This document shows positions 10,418 to 23,977 of a DNA stretch of 64,000 bases, in pieces. The stretch comes from Patellaria atrata CBS 101060 (taxonomy: Eukaryota). The stretch spans positions 2,100,022 through 2,164,021 of the forward strand of contig MU006090.1 of NCBI GenBank assembly GCA_010093705.1, read 5' to 3'. The notes under the pieces were generated by a model. That model did no database searches and was not told the DNA's origin. It worked only from the letters and a program-made list of their open reading frames with translations. A program made the position numbers and the translations under genes. Positions within the stretch are counted from its first letter, which is position 1, and each line of letters opens with the position of its first letter.

Positions 10418-10985
10418 ATTTGTAGGTTCACGACATGGGTAAATTTTCCCTTTGCGATGCAGAAGGTTGTGGTTGTGTAGCGTTCGGTCGATTGGTGCGC
10501 GTCATGTAGAGTTGGCAGGTGCAGATGTTTTCTGCAAAGCTCCGAAGAAAGAAAATTTATCGAGGACTTTATAGTAGGACGATTTTCTCCTATGCATGCA
10601 CATAATCCCTGCTCTCTTTACCTTGTGGATTCGCAGCTCGCATTCACTGTCTTCACTGAGGTATATTCACCTCGAATCTTCACGTGCCCGATCAGCCACA
10701 TGAGAATTTCACAACCGCTGTTTGCTGCGGTCCACGGTGTGTTTCTCGCCTTTTAACTTGCCGATTTTGCGTGGTAGATTTTCGGTATAATAGAGAATCG
10801 ATGACAGCAGTGGGCAAAGCGAAGTTACAGTGGCTGGCCATATACCACATGACCTGGTAGTATCTGACGATAAGAGCGGGTGAGTTAAGTCATTTGATGT
10901 ACGGAGATAATTGAACGTATGGAGATCATTCTACATATGACCGATTCGATGTTACTGTATGGCAAGAAAACCGAATATCTTCCAA

Positions 10986-12002
10986 TCAAATCCGACGCGG
11001 GAAAGAAAGGGGAAACCCCATGAAATCGCGATAACCACGCTCACGTCCTTCAAAATTCCCCCTTTCGTCATCGTAGTCCAAACCGTGCGTCAGGAAAAAC
11101 TCATCCCCAGCGTTCTCGAAATCCCCTTGCACCTTCACCAAAGCTGCGTCCGAGGTTGCCCAATTGCCAACCATGCATCTACCACCTTCGTCGTGCCGAT
11201 GTACTGTATTCCTCCGCTCTGCCATCCCGCTCATCTCCAACGGGAGCGTGTAGCCGTTCGGACACGCGGTATCGACGTTCCACCAGGCGCACTGCTTGGA
11301 GTTCGGGTCGAGGTAGCCTTGGGTGTTTAGATGTATATCCACTGCTGCGCACTGAAAGACCGTTGATCTCCAGACCTCGATGGCGGCCACGAGGAGATCC
11401 CTTGCGTTTGTTCGGTTCCCGGAATTGCGCAGCTGCTTCTTACAGCGGTTGATGTTGAAAGGGAGGACGGGACGGTCCGTTCGAAGGTCGGAATAGAGTT
11501 TGTATTGGACGTATACCTGCAGGTCACCTGCACCACATCGCAGCGGCGCGTTAGAGCCGTACCATGGACTTTTAGGATCCAAACGGTCCAGTATATCGGA
11601 AGTTTTGACTTGGAGTACGAGTGTGCAGTCCTTCTTACACCTTGAAATGCGCACCGGGACTATAAGGCGGGTTATATGCTCTAAACCGCACCAATTCTTC
11701 ATAGTTAGGAAGCGGTTAAAATTGCGCTCAGTCTCTGCCATCGTTTCTATGTGTTGGACCTGGTTTGGGAGCTGGAAATTGTTCTCGCAGCAATAGATAA
11801 GGAAGCCTTCTTTGCGAATTTGGCGGCTGACTTGGAGAAGCGCCGGTGGGCGGGCTAGAAGGTTTCTCGCCCGACCTCGTTGTTGGTGTTCTCGAGGAGT
11901 AATGAGTGCGTGCGAGTATATCAAGTTGCGCAATTCCCCGGCAAGCTTGAGAAAGGGGAAAGAATTACGAGAGGTTTCCGAGAAGTCGACTGGAGTTCCC
12001 AT
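10986..12002 (-). CDS. F-box-like/2EXR-type fungal protein, paralog B
   Basis: FPFLKLAGELRNLIYSHAL...PPALLQVSRQIRKEGFLIYCCENNF signature. Confidence 0.75.
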   Translation of the reverse strand: MGTPVDFSETSRNSFPFLKLAGELRNLIYSHALITPREHQQRGRARNLLARPPALLQVSRQIRKEGFLIYCCENNFQLPNQVQHIETMAETERNFNRFLTMKNWCGLEHITRLIVPVRISRCKKDCTLVLQVKTSDILDRLDPKSPWYGSNAPLRCGAGDLQVYVQYKLYSDLRTDRPVLPFNINRCKKQLRNSGNRTNARDLLVAAIEVWRSTVFQCAAVDIHLNTQGYLDPNSKQCAWWNVDTACPNGYTLPLEMSGMAERRNTVHRHDEGGRCMVGNWATSDAALVKVQGDFENAGDEFFLTHGLDYDDERGNFEGRERGYRDFMGFPLSFPRRI

Positions 12003-13181
12003 ATTGACTGAGGTGGTGAGACATGAAATTTTCTCGCAACTGTTCCAGAATTGTAACCTGCGGTGGTACTGTTTGCTTGCTAAATCCTTTGATATAGAAG
12101 AAACAGCAAACGGAGGTGTACAGAGGATGTTCCTGCAGCTCCGAAAACATGAACTTTTTGAGCTTTTAGTGTATGTTCAAGGTAATAAAACCGCGTGGCT
12201 AGTATGTAGACTGACACGGAATAGATTGGACGGAAGTAGAGGGAGGTTATAAGAGATTCTGGGAGCTGGAGAAGGTAGGGACTCCTAAGATTGACTCACC
12301 GGTGTACTTCAGTACCCCAAAGATTACTACTTTAACTTAGGTGCTGCATTTTGGTCAAACGTCACTTCATTGTGAAGTTATATAAAATTCATAAGTAAAG
12401 GTAGGGAATTTGACAGATGAAGTGTTGTTCAGCAGCGCAGCATACAATGTCGGGAGGCTAAGGATAAGCTTACCATATTATTCTTCCCAGCACTTCTACA
12501 AGCTTGAGAAGTCTACATCTCTCCGTAACTTTACTTTGAAATCGTTCTGTGTTTAAAGATTTGGTTGGAATGGATGATGGATATTCAGCTTACGGATATC
12601 AATACAGTGTAGGATCCATACTTAACAATTTGGTGAACCGTACCAAAGGTAATGAGTCCTAAACGTGTATGATCCCGCCACAGGATCGTGATGGGTTACG
12701 GGTTCACTCTTCCTTTGCAGTTTCATTCCCTGTGGTTTCGGGATGAGGGGATTCATTGAGCGTCCGACGTTGATATTTACTTGAAGTTAGTAAGCAAACT
12801 TAGGTACCTTAAGGTAGACTCCCGCCCGACTTTAGCTCGTGGTGGCCAGTACGCATTGGTTCCCGTGTTTGTAAAGCCATGAATATTTCTGTACATTCCA
12901 TTCATTCTGGACAGTCTAGCTATTCGTGATGAGATAGCGCCCTTTTTGATCAAAGCCTGCAGCATAAGGTGGCGATGAGAAGGGAAAACGGGTCTGGGAT
13001 TAGAGGGATGTCTTAGAAATAAAAGAAAGAGTCGGGTTTCATTTCTACATTGCATATAATCAAAAGCTCTTCTGAATTCGTATGCCTACGGATGGAAGCC
13101 TACACGACGCCGAGTATATCTAATCGAAAGACATCCAATCTGTTACCGGTGGGAATGGTAAAAAGGATAGCGCCCCAGCTA

Positions 13182-14646
13182 TCATCTCCTTTTTGCAGAG
13201 TCACACTGTTCAATGAAGCGATATATCCCCTCAAACTCCTGATACTCCAATGGACTATCGTATTCCGGCCTTTCCCTCATAACACTCGCGTCCTCTAATT
13301 CACTGCTGTGGAAACTCTCGTACCCAGATGGCGACGAGGTGTAAGGTTCATGAACTTCACCACCCTCGAAACAGTCAAAGTCCAGGCCTGTGTCTGATCT
13401 GGTGGAATACTGCTCACAACTCAAGTCGTCGTTGGGGGTTAACATATATCGCCAATCGATGGGATCCTGATACATGATACGATCGACGACAGGCCTTTCA
13501 AGAAAATCACACTCGGAGGCCGTCTTGCTAGGCGCGAAGGGGAACAAGAGGGCAATTTCAGTTCCCGCGAAGGCGTCGAAGTCCTCATCTTGAATGACGA
13601 GACCTCGCTGAACACCAAGTTCAAGACAAATTCTTTCCACGGTCTCGGCATCGCAGCCAGGGAAGTGAACCCGGAGCGAAGACGTACGATATGTTATAGG
13701 AAGATCTCCAAAACTAGAAAGGCGTTTCAAATCTGCAAGAACGATCGCTAAGTCCTTGAGGGCACGGGAAAAATCTACTGAGAGTATGTCGAGGAGACCA
13801 TCTGTGTTCAGTGTGTCATGAATCTGAGCATGCATGGAGTATCCCGCGACGATACTGAGGGGAGTAAGAGCAGTGATGGTAGGGTTGACGTTGAACTCGA
13901 TGTAGGAACCTGGAGTTGCTTTGGGTAACGAGTTCATCTTGCGTCCAACCTCTCCCTGCAGTTTTGTGACTGCTTTGAATCGCTTCTCACCATTGCGTGG
14001 GTTGACCCCATCGAACTGCGCTTTTTGACCCGCAATCAAGAAAGCTCGCACGGCTTGGGAGACGTTGTGTACGACTTGAGCTGGTGCAGCAGGAGTATGG
14101 GAGAAATACCTGGCACCTCGGGCAGCGCCAGAGCCTAGAGAATAGCCACCGGCTGTTCGTCCTAGTGTCCCACCCGTGAGATTTGGTCGGAGGGTGGACG
14201 CGAATGGAGCACGGCCTGAGAGGCCATTGACGGCACTGGCCACGCGGGATTTGGGGAACGATGACCGATCATACTTCAATCCTCCTGTGGTAGATCCAGA
14301 TTGGGAAGTAAACTTCCTAATATTCGCGTTCATAAAGCTGTGTGTTGTATACCAGCGACCCTTGCTTTGACGCAAAGCCGCAACCGGGTGGACCGGATGA
14401 CGTGCATTTCTTGCGAATGCTGGTTGAAGTTGGGGCTGTGTCTGACGAGCAGATATAGGGAGATTTTTCTGTGCAATGCGGGAGGCTTTCTGCCAGGCAT
14501 GTCTGAAATACAGTTAAAGGATGATTCACGAACGGATCACCGTCCGGCGACGCGTGCCGATTACGTATTTGTCCTGAGGGAACTTACTTCAGTAGTTTGA
14601 AATTTTTGGCCACCAACTTATGTAGGTGGCCCGCTGAAGGAGCCAT
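13182..14646 (-). CDS. Conserved Pezizomycotina protein of unknown function
   Basis: Exon 1 14646-14588 (MAPSAGHLHKLVAKNFKLL), intron 14587-14503, long exon 2 with ARYFSHTPAAPAQVVHNVSQAVRAF and LRVHFPGCD. Confidence 0.75.
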
Positions 14647-15533
14647 GATGGATGATTTTGCTGTCCCCAGCAAGAGAAGGGAGTTGAAGCAATGTGTGAT
14701 GAACAAGAGAAGGAGGGGAAGTGAAGTTAGGGTAGTGGACCATCATAACCTGAGAATCCAGATCTTGCCAAGGGTGTGGCAAATGATCGACGCAAACCTT
14801 AGCCACATCCACGCGTGAACTCTCGGGACCCGGCTACCCTACAGAAAAGCCCAATAATGATGACTTATGTCTAAGGTAAGGTAAGGTACGGTTCAAGGTA
14901 AAACGAGGTACCTATTATTGTAGTATAGTACGTCGATTTCGAACGATAGCTCTTCGTCTATATAGTGGGACCGAACTCATCTGAGATATTACGTTGCGCA
15001 CTGTACTGCACGAAATACAGACAACGTGATGACGGAGTAGAGATGACGAAATGGGTCTCAGAGTATCTTCAATTACTGTACAACTATATCAGAGCATCCT
15101 ACAGCCCAAAGTGGATGATCTCCTATTTTCCATAGTAAGAATACCTAATAAGGAGCCCATGAGATGCGATATCCACATCGTACTACCAAAAGGAACCGTA
15201 GTCGTATATCATGCAAACCCAATAAAAACAGAATATCCCAGACGATCTATCATATCATATGTGAGCCAAAAAGGATGGGGATAGGTCTATGGGACCCTTC
15301 TACCATGAATGCCGAAGAAAAGACGTAGACGCGTTATTGACACATACAGAGGGGAAAATATAAACGAGTAGATTAGAATATACAAGGATAAAGAAAACGA
15401 AGTACGGAATTCGGAGGTAGTCCTTGAGGCTCATCTACCGGAAAGGGTATATTATGAAGGGAACTTGAGATATGGGAATAATTGTTAGAAAGGTGACATA
15501 ATATATGAACGAGTAGGAAAGCTGCAAGGTGGG

Positions 15534-18463
15534 TTATTGCACTCTCCTTCCCATCGTATCGTAAATTTGGGTCTGTCCCATGGACTCCCAGCTGTTCATA
15601 TCAAGTATCGTGCCCCATGCCGTATCGCCGATCGGCGTCATACTAGGGCCTTCCCAGACTCCAGATTGCATGATGAACTCATTGCTATGAGCTTCACCCT
15701 GTTGTGGTGTGGATGGGAAGAACTGTGCTGCTATGCTTGAGAAGTCCTCGTCGGGGTTGGAAAAGAATGTATTATTGTTGGTAGTGGTGTCAACGGGATG
15801 ACTTGAAGAAGCTTGACTTAGGCCGGTTGTGAAATGTTGATGCTGTTGTTGAGAATCTTCGTTGTTCGGAGGGGTGAAGGAGGAGTGGGAAGAGGGACCG
15901 CGGTGACCATCGGTTGAAGGCGTAGCTTGATCACCACCGCTGGCATCGGGTGATGTGTCCATCTCCGAATCTGTATGTATGAACGAAGGCTGAGATTGTA
16001 GGTTTTGAGGGTGCATGCTACTCTGAGAGGTCGAACTAGGACCTCTTTGCCGATTTGGTAGGTCCATGTGTGGAGATCCAGCTGCAAAGCCATATTGTGT
16101 CGAATCTACATCTACGTTGATAGCATTGATATCTGTTACATGGAAAGGTGGTCCCATTGATGATGACCCTTGCTGATGAAGGTTGGCGTTAAGTATGCCC
16201 TGGCCACCAAATGTGCGGACTTCTTGTGGAGAAGATTGTGATTCTCGAATCTCCATCAAAGGAATACAAGCAACAGAATCAGTGTTGACTGGAATTTCTC
16301 CCTAAGGGACAATGTTAGTGAAGATGTATATTGGGAGACAGAGGTTTCCATTCAGTAGCCTACCATTGGTTTTTTTGTCCAAAATGGTGTTTTTGGGATA
16401 GACGCTGGCAAGCCGGCACCCTCTAAATCTACGTCAAGTTGCACGAGGAATGATTCTGTAAGTGGATTTTTACGTTTTAACGTTCGCATAGCATTTAGTA
16501 AGAACTGAAGCGATGCACTGATTTGTTGGTCACCTGGCCGAGATTTCAGGTATTGCACGAAAACTCGGGCTGCGACGTAGAGACAGAAAGATATGAATGG
16601 ATTCATCTGTATATCACGCGCTATTAGTCGTTTGGGTAGATGATGCAAGTTTGTGATTGCTTACCGACGAGAGATCGAGATGGCTGATCATCTTCATAAT
16701 ACTGGCAATTTCGGCAGCTGCAGTGACACATCTGATCTTGCTTTCTTGGGAGACATTGAGGGGTAGTCGATGCTTATCCGCTTTGTAAATGGCAGCTTGA
16801 TGAAGGCAAATAGCTGAGGTATGGATATTCATATTCAGAAAAACAGTATTAGCATCAGGAAGACCTGCAGGTAGCCTCAGATTGTCCGGTAATGCCAGAG
16901 AGGTATTAAGGAGAATACTATCCATACGTCGGTGGCGTTTCCAGAATTCACCATTTAGATCATGGTCTTGATCATCTGGTGTAGGCCGATGGAGATGAAG
17001 CAGGTTTCGGCCGAAAAGACAGGCCATAAGGACCACACCAGCAAAAGCAGAGATGCTTGGGATCCCAGACGAGTTAAGAGCATCCTCTAATGTTCCTGTC
17101 TGCACAGGTTTGCTTCTTAGGAATGCATCGTCAGACGCCGGAAGATTGGTTAGTATCTAGCCCATATTAGCAGCGGCTTTTACTAGGATAGAGGTAAATG
17201 TACATCTCTCTCCTCAATCGCCATAGGCCATCCAGTACCTATACTTGCATATCGATCCTCGCAAAAGGTCATCCAGAACGTCCTCCTTCTTTCTTCTTTC
17301 TCGATCCAGTCTTTGGGTGGTGGAAGACATTGCTTAACATCCAGTCCTTGACCGTCTAACCGATGTAGCTGCATCATCTGAGCTAATCTTACCGCTCGCC
17401 CTGCACTCATCCACGCTCTTGGAAAGTACATCAGCTTGAATTCGTACGTGGTAATGAGCACCCAAGCTTGGCAATGGGCAACGGTGATGGTCGATTCTCC
17501 ATGTCCCTTCATTTCATCCATCTGAGCATATTTTCGCGCGCGGTGGTAAAAGTGTTCTTGGAGACCATCATATTTATCGGAAAGAGATGCTGCTAAACAC
17601 CACATGATATATCGAAGACATACAGGGGGTCGCATGTGTGGTGCTAAATTCATCGCAGCTAGATATCGAGGCCTGTGGATCATTGGAACTGAGGTGTGAA
17701 CTTTCTCGAAATAGATCTGATGTCTTCACGGACTAGTTAGCGGTGAATCCACCACATATTGAAGTGGATATACATAATAAGGTATCCCAGGAGGGAATCT
17801 CTGTTTCGAAATATAACGATAGTGCTGAGCCCACTTACAGTTCGTTCTGAACTTCCTGCATCGGCAATGGTTCGTCTAGTCCAAGGCCAATCATCTCCCA
17901 AGGAAATGGCGTTTCGCCGCCGTTTTCCATCGGATTAAATCCTTGGACTGTCTCCTGCGACGGTACTGTGTGATTTTGTAGATTTTGAGCTGAGTCTAGA
18001 TTTAGGCCTGCACTCGACCGTTGGGGCATTGTGAAGGCGGTACTGGGATCCTGACGATGCTGTTCAGGTTCTTGTGTCTTAAGAAGGGTTTCGACTTGGT
18101 CTATCCGCCAAAGTGTCAGTTGCTTTGACCGTATAGAATTCTTACAATGCGGTATGGTCACCTACGTAGCCTAGCCTCCAGTGCTTTAACATATCCTCTT
18201 TTAGGGCCGCTCTTCTTTCTAACTTCATCGTATGTACACTCATGGGATAGTCGATTGCAAGTCCCGCATGTTGGACGACAACCATCGCATTTCAGTTTTC
18301 GCCTGCGACAAAGTACACAAGCGATCCTCTTTTGCTTTGTTCGACTTTCGACATCTCCATTGGCCTCATTGTTCGTTTGGGACTTTTGGGTCTCTGATGG
18401 GGGTTGCTGAGAGAGATCATTGAAAAAGGCCTCATCGGGCGAGTTTGAGCTTTGCGATAGCAT
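15534..18463 (-). CDS. Zn(II)2Cys6 transcription factor with fungal-specific TF domain
   Basis: ACVLCRRRKLKCDGCRPTCGTCNRLSHEC; EERRRTFWMTFCEDRYASIGTGWP; about 5 introns join the listed ORFs. Confidence 0.93.
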
Positions 18464-19959
18464 TTCGACAGTGATTACTTCAGGGTATGTTACAGTACGA
18501 TGTAGCCTCGAGGCGGGGGAAAAATTGCGCCGTGGAATATTCGGGTCTCATAAGCCTTTTCAGACTCCAGGACAGATGACTACGGTTGGTTTGGTTAGGC
18601 AACAGATACGGGATAATCGAACCAAAGATGATGATCCTGGTGATCGCAATGATTCCTTAGTAGTGTTAAGTCGAAAATGACTACAAGAACCTCGAGCCCA
18701 ATTGAGGGTAGTAGTATCTGAACCTTTGAAAATTTAAGGGTAGGATATATCGACTATTAGACTTTTAAGGAGCTGAAAGGACATAGCACACTCCACCGAT
18801 CGCTGTAATTGCTCAATCAAGCCGAATATGGTCTGGGGAGGTAGAACTGGCGAGAGAGAAAAGAGGTTCACACCGTGGCGCTGATCACGCAGCAGAGGAG
18901 CGGTGGTTGAATTTCCACTTTTGGAAAATAGTAGCAAGGAAAATTTGAGGGCTTGGAGTAAGATGTTTGAGATATTGGAGAGGTAGCGGACGTGGATGGT
19001 GGGTTGGAAGTCCAGACGGCAGGAATCTGACGGCTTTAGACGACCGGACTGTGCTTCAATACTGTCATATTCTAGGGCTAAAACTGGATGAGCTGAGGTT
19101 CTGCATTATAAGTTGATAGATTCGCTGTTTTGGTTCTTTGGGGTATCTCCTAGACTGGTAGCTAGATGTGCAATCAATCCATCCCCAAAATCTCCAACAA
19201 AGTTGCTTGGTCGTCCTTCAGGCTCCCATTTTCGCGTCATCTCTTTACCCTTGAGATGTTGTTCGAAAATATTCTAGCGGCTTTAGTCATCGGCGCGCCC
19301 GTTAGGTTAGCACGGTTAGATTGTATGAGAAAAGAGAATGGAAGGATGGTATTGGTTACTTAGGAGACATCCTTCAAGTCCAATCTAAGGATGCACATCG
19401 AGTGCGTGTACATTTGTTGCACCACCAATAAAAGTTGCAGTTCTGGACTATTTGCAGGCAATGTACTTGCAGTTACAGGGTTTTTATTCGAACTTTTGAC
19501 GGGATAGCCGGTATGGCGTTCTTGTGCTTCCGTCCGTAAGGCAAGCAAGCTCGTTTCATCGAGGTCTTGACAGACAGTACTCTACGGAGTCTACTAATAA
19601 GGTACTTTAGTGTTGCGATGAGTTATAATCACACGGTGATTCTCGCTAAACTTTGGTCTCTTTTATTAAACATATTTGACATTCAGGTAGTAGCTAATAT
19701 AAATCCGAAGATATCAAACGAGCCAGATCTTGTTAGGGTAGGTCGCGACTATCAGACTATGCCGCTGAAGTCATGTACGGCTGATGATTAGGAGCTGATA
19801 TTCATTTAGTCACTCAGATCAAAAGCTAAATGAAATATATGCGAAATGCTTGTTTGATCTATATACAAATTAGAGGTCATTCACACTCCAGGGTCCTATG
19901 GCCAGAGTTCTTCAGTAAGAGTTTCTGTAGCAGTAGCTATACATTTTATAGAATCCCAC

Positions 19960-21192
19960 TTATGCATTCTTACTACGTCGTTTGCCTTGATTCCTCTCAC
20001 GGTCTTGGACAAGATATTTGTTAGGGTTATTCTTGTGCCTTGTCTTGTATCCGCCCTTGGCCTATAATCGAGCGTCAGTCCCTGTTCAGCAATGTGTTGG
20101 TTAAAAAAGGGCCACCTACTGGAGTTCCCCATGGGCTCACAGGGTGAACGTTACCCTTCGACTTACCTCTTCCACCACCGTGAGGATGATCGGCTGGAGA
20201 ATAGGTTAGACTGTGACATAGATGTACATGCAGCAGATATAAAACATACCAGCGTTCATGGCTACACCCCTTACCGTCGGCCTGATACCCAACCACCTGG
20301 AGCGTCCTGCTTTCCCAAGTTGTCGAAAGTGATGGTGGGGATTGCTGGCTACGCCAATTGTTGCGCAAGCATCCTTACTCACTTTTCGTATCTCTCCACT
20401 TTGCAACCGAACACTAACATCCTTCATCCTTTTGATATTTTCGTCTTTGGCGACCACGGTTGCAAAGGTTCCAGCGCTTCGGCAGAAAACCGCTCCCTTA
20501 CCAGCTGTCGAGCCAACATTATATATCTGAGTCCCAATCGGGACCATATGGATAGGTAAGCAGTTTCCTCGAAACGCCGTCTTTGCAGCCAGCATACCCG
20601 GATCCATAACTCCACCCATACTTTGTATCAGATCATTCGGAATACCTGATCTGTAGCTTTGAATAGTATCTCCTGCACGCATACCTTCTGCTGCAATAAT
20701 ATAGCTTTTAACTTGTGTTTTCGGATTCGTAATGAGTGCGAGATGTGCGCTCCTATTCGGGTCATACTCAATCCGGTCAACGGTATGAGGTCCTGGAAGC
20801 ATACGTTCAAAATCCACGGTCCTGATTCTTCTCTTGTGTCCTCCGCCGCGATGCCTTACTGTAACCCGACCAGTGTTGTTTCTCCCGCCCTTTCCTTGAC
20901 CCTTCTTCGCAAAAGTGAGCTTGTCATATGGCCTCCCTTTCCATAGATGATCGTTTACGGGTCGACGTAGATGGCGGAGACCAGGTGTGCGTGGTTTATA
21001 TGTTTTAAGCTGGAAGACTTCCTTTCCTCGTCTTGAGGGACCGACCGAATGTAAAGGTTGAACAACAATATCAGGGGGTGGGCTAATGTTGGATGGGACA
21101 TTTTCCACAACTGTCGCGTACTTCCTAGATAATTGTAGGAGACATCTGCAGCTCTGCGTCGACGAACGCAACACTGACCGTGGTTGTAGCAT
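19960..21192 (-). CDS. RML2: Mitochondrial ribosomal protein uL2
   Basis: [46 protein letters not shown]; introns 20249-20194 and 20119-20062; stop TAA at 19960. Confidence 0.95.
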
Positions 21193-22296
21193 GTCAGGTA
21201 GCTTTGTGCTTCGCACTGTTGCCGTTATGACAATTGCGCAGGCACAAAGCTTTATGAGATGAGATGTAATTGATGAACGAAAATTAAAAGAGATTTAACA
21301 TCGAGTGTGAGACTTCCGTTCGATGTGAATGTTCAATGGTATCAAGTTCACTTCGAATTTGGAACTTTTCTAGTAGCCAATCATATTAATGTTGAGGCTC
21401 TTGAGATGGGATGATTATGCTAGGCCTATTTTAGACTAGAGTCACGGCGCGTCTTCTCTGCGCAGCATTTCCCGTCCCTAGCTCCGCTAGAATTTCAGGC
21501 ATCCGTCGCCCCAAGCAACGACTGTTATTCTTCATCCTCGACGTGCCAATATCTCGACAGCTGAAGAATTTTGCTTTGACTTTCGAATAACGGTCTTACA
21601 ACTCTGTTCTACATCTTATTGCACGACCAAATATTCCAAATTCATCGGTTAAGGCGCCCTTTCTACATCCTAGGTTGCTTTGTTGGTGTTCCAAAAGATA
21701 GTCACGTGTTTGGCGCGATTTTGACGCTGCCAAACCGCGCTGCCCTGCTTGACGGCCCAAGCACCCGGCCCTGACTAAGCGACAACCAAAACATTGGCTT
21801 ACGAGCAACAACTTCCCTCACCTCACCTTTCGAGCCCTCACCTTACCTTCAATTGCCCCAGAATCCACGACGCATCATACACGGTCTTGAGCTGGATAGA
21901 TACTCTGTTCATACCTCCCTGTTCCGTCCTGCGCGTTTCGACAGATTTATTTCTGGTTTTACCGCGTCGACCATTGTCAATCGGCAGCATTATCAACTTC
22001 CAACCGTGTCAAGGTACTTGATGCTCTTAAAGTCCTCATCACATATCTCGGGCTGGTCCTTGTATCTTTACTGATACAAAGCATCTATCTACCATAGTAG
22101 ACGTGCGTTCTTCCGCTTCTTCATCTTTCATGTTATCAATTGGCGCTGGCAAAACTTGGACTGACACAACAATAAACAGGAACACTAATACCTACAAATA
22201 CCCGAACTACCTCAATTGAGTATCATCTAAGCTCGATTCCTCTTCATTCTACCTGGACTTGACGTGAGAGTATTCCTCTTACAGTACTTTACCACC

Positions 22297-23977
22297 ATGC
22301 CTGCCGTAAGTACTCATTCCCGCATGCTTGGTAACTCGATACCATAGCCTTTTACATAAAGCGCTTGGCCCTATTTCTGCATATGAATATCATCAATAAC
22401 TCGATATATTGTAGGGTCGTCCTCGACAACGTGTTCTCACGAATGAAAACGACGAGAATGTTGGTACTACGCGTGTGACGCGTGCTAAAGCCGCTGCTTT
22501 AACCACGACTAAGGATTCCAACGCTGGAGACCCTCCAAAGAAGGCTTTGCAGTCGAAGAAATCAACAAATGCACTCGGCACGAATGGGACACTGCAGACC
22601 CGGAAACGCCCTGCTCTTGGAGATGTTAGCAACGTACCCAAGAACGATGTTACCGAGTCTAAAGCTGGAAAGAAGCCCGTGCCGACCAAGAGTGGACTCG
22701 TATCGAAGGCTGCACAACCGACTGGGATCACTAAAGCTTCGCGGACTAATTCGACGCGTTCTGTATTGGGTGCTAAGGATAAGAACGTGGGCTCGTCCGA
22801 GCTGAAACGTCCAGCAAGTGGATCGGGTGTTTCTGGTCCTGTCACAAAGAAGCGCAACACATCTTCAACGTCAACGGCAAAGTCAGTTGTGCTGGAAGTG
22901 GATGATGAGGATTCCGAGAATATTGTACCGAACAAACAAACATCTAAGGCTACAGTCAGTGTGGAGATTGAGAAGACGGTTCACGTTGAAGAGTCGATTA
23001 AGATATCTGGTGCCAGATACTCTGATGAAACCGAGGAACTAAATGAGCCCGCCACTCTTCCTCCCGATGTCCCTGATCTCGATACGCAAGATCACGATGA
23101 TCCGTTGATGGTATCAGATTATGTTGTGGAGATCTTCGATTACCTACGAGAACTTGAGAGGACTACAATGGCCAACGCTGACTACATGGATGTTCAAACT
23201 GAGTTGGAATGGAAGATGCGTGGTATTCTCGTTGACTGGCTTTTGGAGGTCCACACTCGTTTCAGACTCCTTCCCGAAACACTTTTCCTCGCAGTCAATA
23301 TCATCGATCGCTTCCTTTCAAGCAAAATTGTCCAGTTGGATCGTCTACAGCTTGTCGGCGTCACCGCCATGTTTATTGCGTCAAAGTATGAGGAAGTCCT
23401 TTCGCCTCACGTCACAAACTTCCGCCACGTCGCCGATGATGGTTTCTCGGAAGAGGAGATCTTAAGCGCTGAACGATTCGTCCTTGCCGCTCTCAACTAC
23501 GATTTGAGCTACCCGAACCCCATGAACTTCCTACGTAGGATATCGAAAGCCGATAATTACGACATCCAGACTCGCACCCTTGGGAAATATCTCCTGGAGA
23601 TCAGCTGTCTCGATCATCGCTTTATCGCACATCCCCCCAGTGAAGTTGCCGCCGCAGCCATGTACCTTGCCCGTATCGTACTAGACCGTGGTGAGTGGGA
23701 TGCTACTCTCGCCCATTATGCTGGCTATACCGAGGAAGAGTTGACACCATGCTTCCACTTGATGGTCGACTACCTCCGCAGCCCCGTTGTGCACGAGGCT
23801 TTCTTCAAGAAATACGCGAGCAAAAAGTTTATGAAAGGTAAACATTACCCTACTCGCAACATTATGCATTAGTAGACATAATCTAACCAAAGTATAGCAT
23901 CCATTGTCCTCCGTCAATGGGCGAAGAAGTGGCACCACCTCTACCTTAACGAGGACCGCGCCTCGAACGGATCCTAG
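22297..23977 (+). CDS. nimE: G2/M B-type cyclin (NimE/Cdc13-like)
   Basis: Exon ATGCCTGCC, intron 22306-22414, destruction box RPALGDVSN, cyclin box MRGILVDWL, last intron 23838-23897. Confidence 0.93.

Noticed and set aside
21703..21708. CACGTG E-boxes as targets of the local bHLH factor
   Set aside because: The handful seen does not exceed chance for a hexamer in 64 kb
22346..22357. GCCTTTTAC resembling U5 snRNA loop I
   Set aside because: Inside a short cyclin intron, with no flanking U5 stem or Sm site
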